A stretch of 64,000 nucleotides of DNA from Octopus sinensis. Its lineage: Eukaryota. Location: NCBI RefSeq assembly GCF_006345805.1, contig NC_042997.1:112158001-112222000 (forward strand), in the 5' to 3' direction. The stretch's first letter is position 1. Each line of letters starts with the position of its first letter. Of this stretch, positions 63,469-64,000 are shown piece after piece. Position numbers and translations under genes: made by a program. Below the pieces are notes generated by a model, which searched no databases, had not been told where the DNA came from, and worked only from the letters and a program-made list of their open reading frames with translations.

Positions 63469-64000
63469 ATGTGTTCCGATCAAAGCTAGACAATGCCTTA
63501 CATGCCAGACTCTTCAAAAGCACCATCCTACCTGTGTTCTCATTCACAAGTGAGATGTGGCCTACTACAAAGGGGATAAAATTATCAATTGGTTACACTG
63601 TAAAAGGCCATGGAAAGGTCTTTGCAAAGAATATCATTAAGTCATTTGTGCCGAAATTTTTCTAGTGAATGAAATTGCCTGAAAATTCTTGGATAACACA
63701 TGGAGGGGGGGGGGGCAGAATGCATGGGCAACTGCTGGTCTTCCATAAACGACCTTGCCTGGACTTGTGCCTGGGAGGGTAACTTTCTAGGTGCAATCCA
63801 ATGGTCAGTCATGACCGAAGGGGATCTCAACAAATAACAACTGAAAAGAAATTTCATTGAAATCCATTTGATACAGACTGCATATGCATTAAGGACATGT
63901 TACATTCTTTGATACAGATCATACACAAATCACAATTTGTATCAAGTATTTTTTTTACCCTTACAAATTAAGGATCAGTTTAAACAGACGTTTGGCATGA

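Overview
This is AT-rich, microsatellite-saturated eukaryotic DNA, not prokaryotic. The repeat families (CORE-type SINEs with internal microsatellites, an (ATG)n-tailed RTE LINE) look like those of octopus genomes; that assignment is from my recognition of the repeats, not a search. No intact, identifiable cellular gene is visible, and most long ORFs in the supplied track are translated microsatellites. The window is a mosaic of transposon debris: a near full-length Tc1/mariner element (46080-47350) and other mariner pieces, a hAT/Buster transposase relic, hAT, Tc1 and piggyBac-type MITEs, a non-autonomous Helitron, many 5'-truncated RTE copies, several REL-endonuclease LINE tails, a Penelope-like GIY-YIG endonuclease ORF and several SINE families. 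The most interesting observations are: (i) at least five unrelated non-coding families carrying minimal type-I hammerhead ribozyme motifs (CTGANGA...GAAAC-palindrome-GTH), four of them inside fold-back inverted repeats; (ii) SINE dimers flanked by a single target-site duplication; (iii) three (TAA)n-tailed retroelements stacked in TAA arrays; (iv) several long perfect or near-perfect palindromes. A few splice-competent unique islands may be exons of an unidentified host gene. Coordinates of degenerate repeats are approximate (about +/-10-20 nt).
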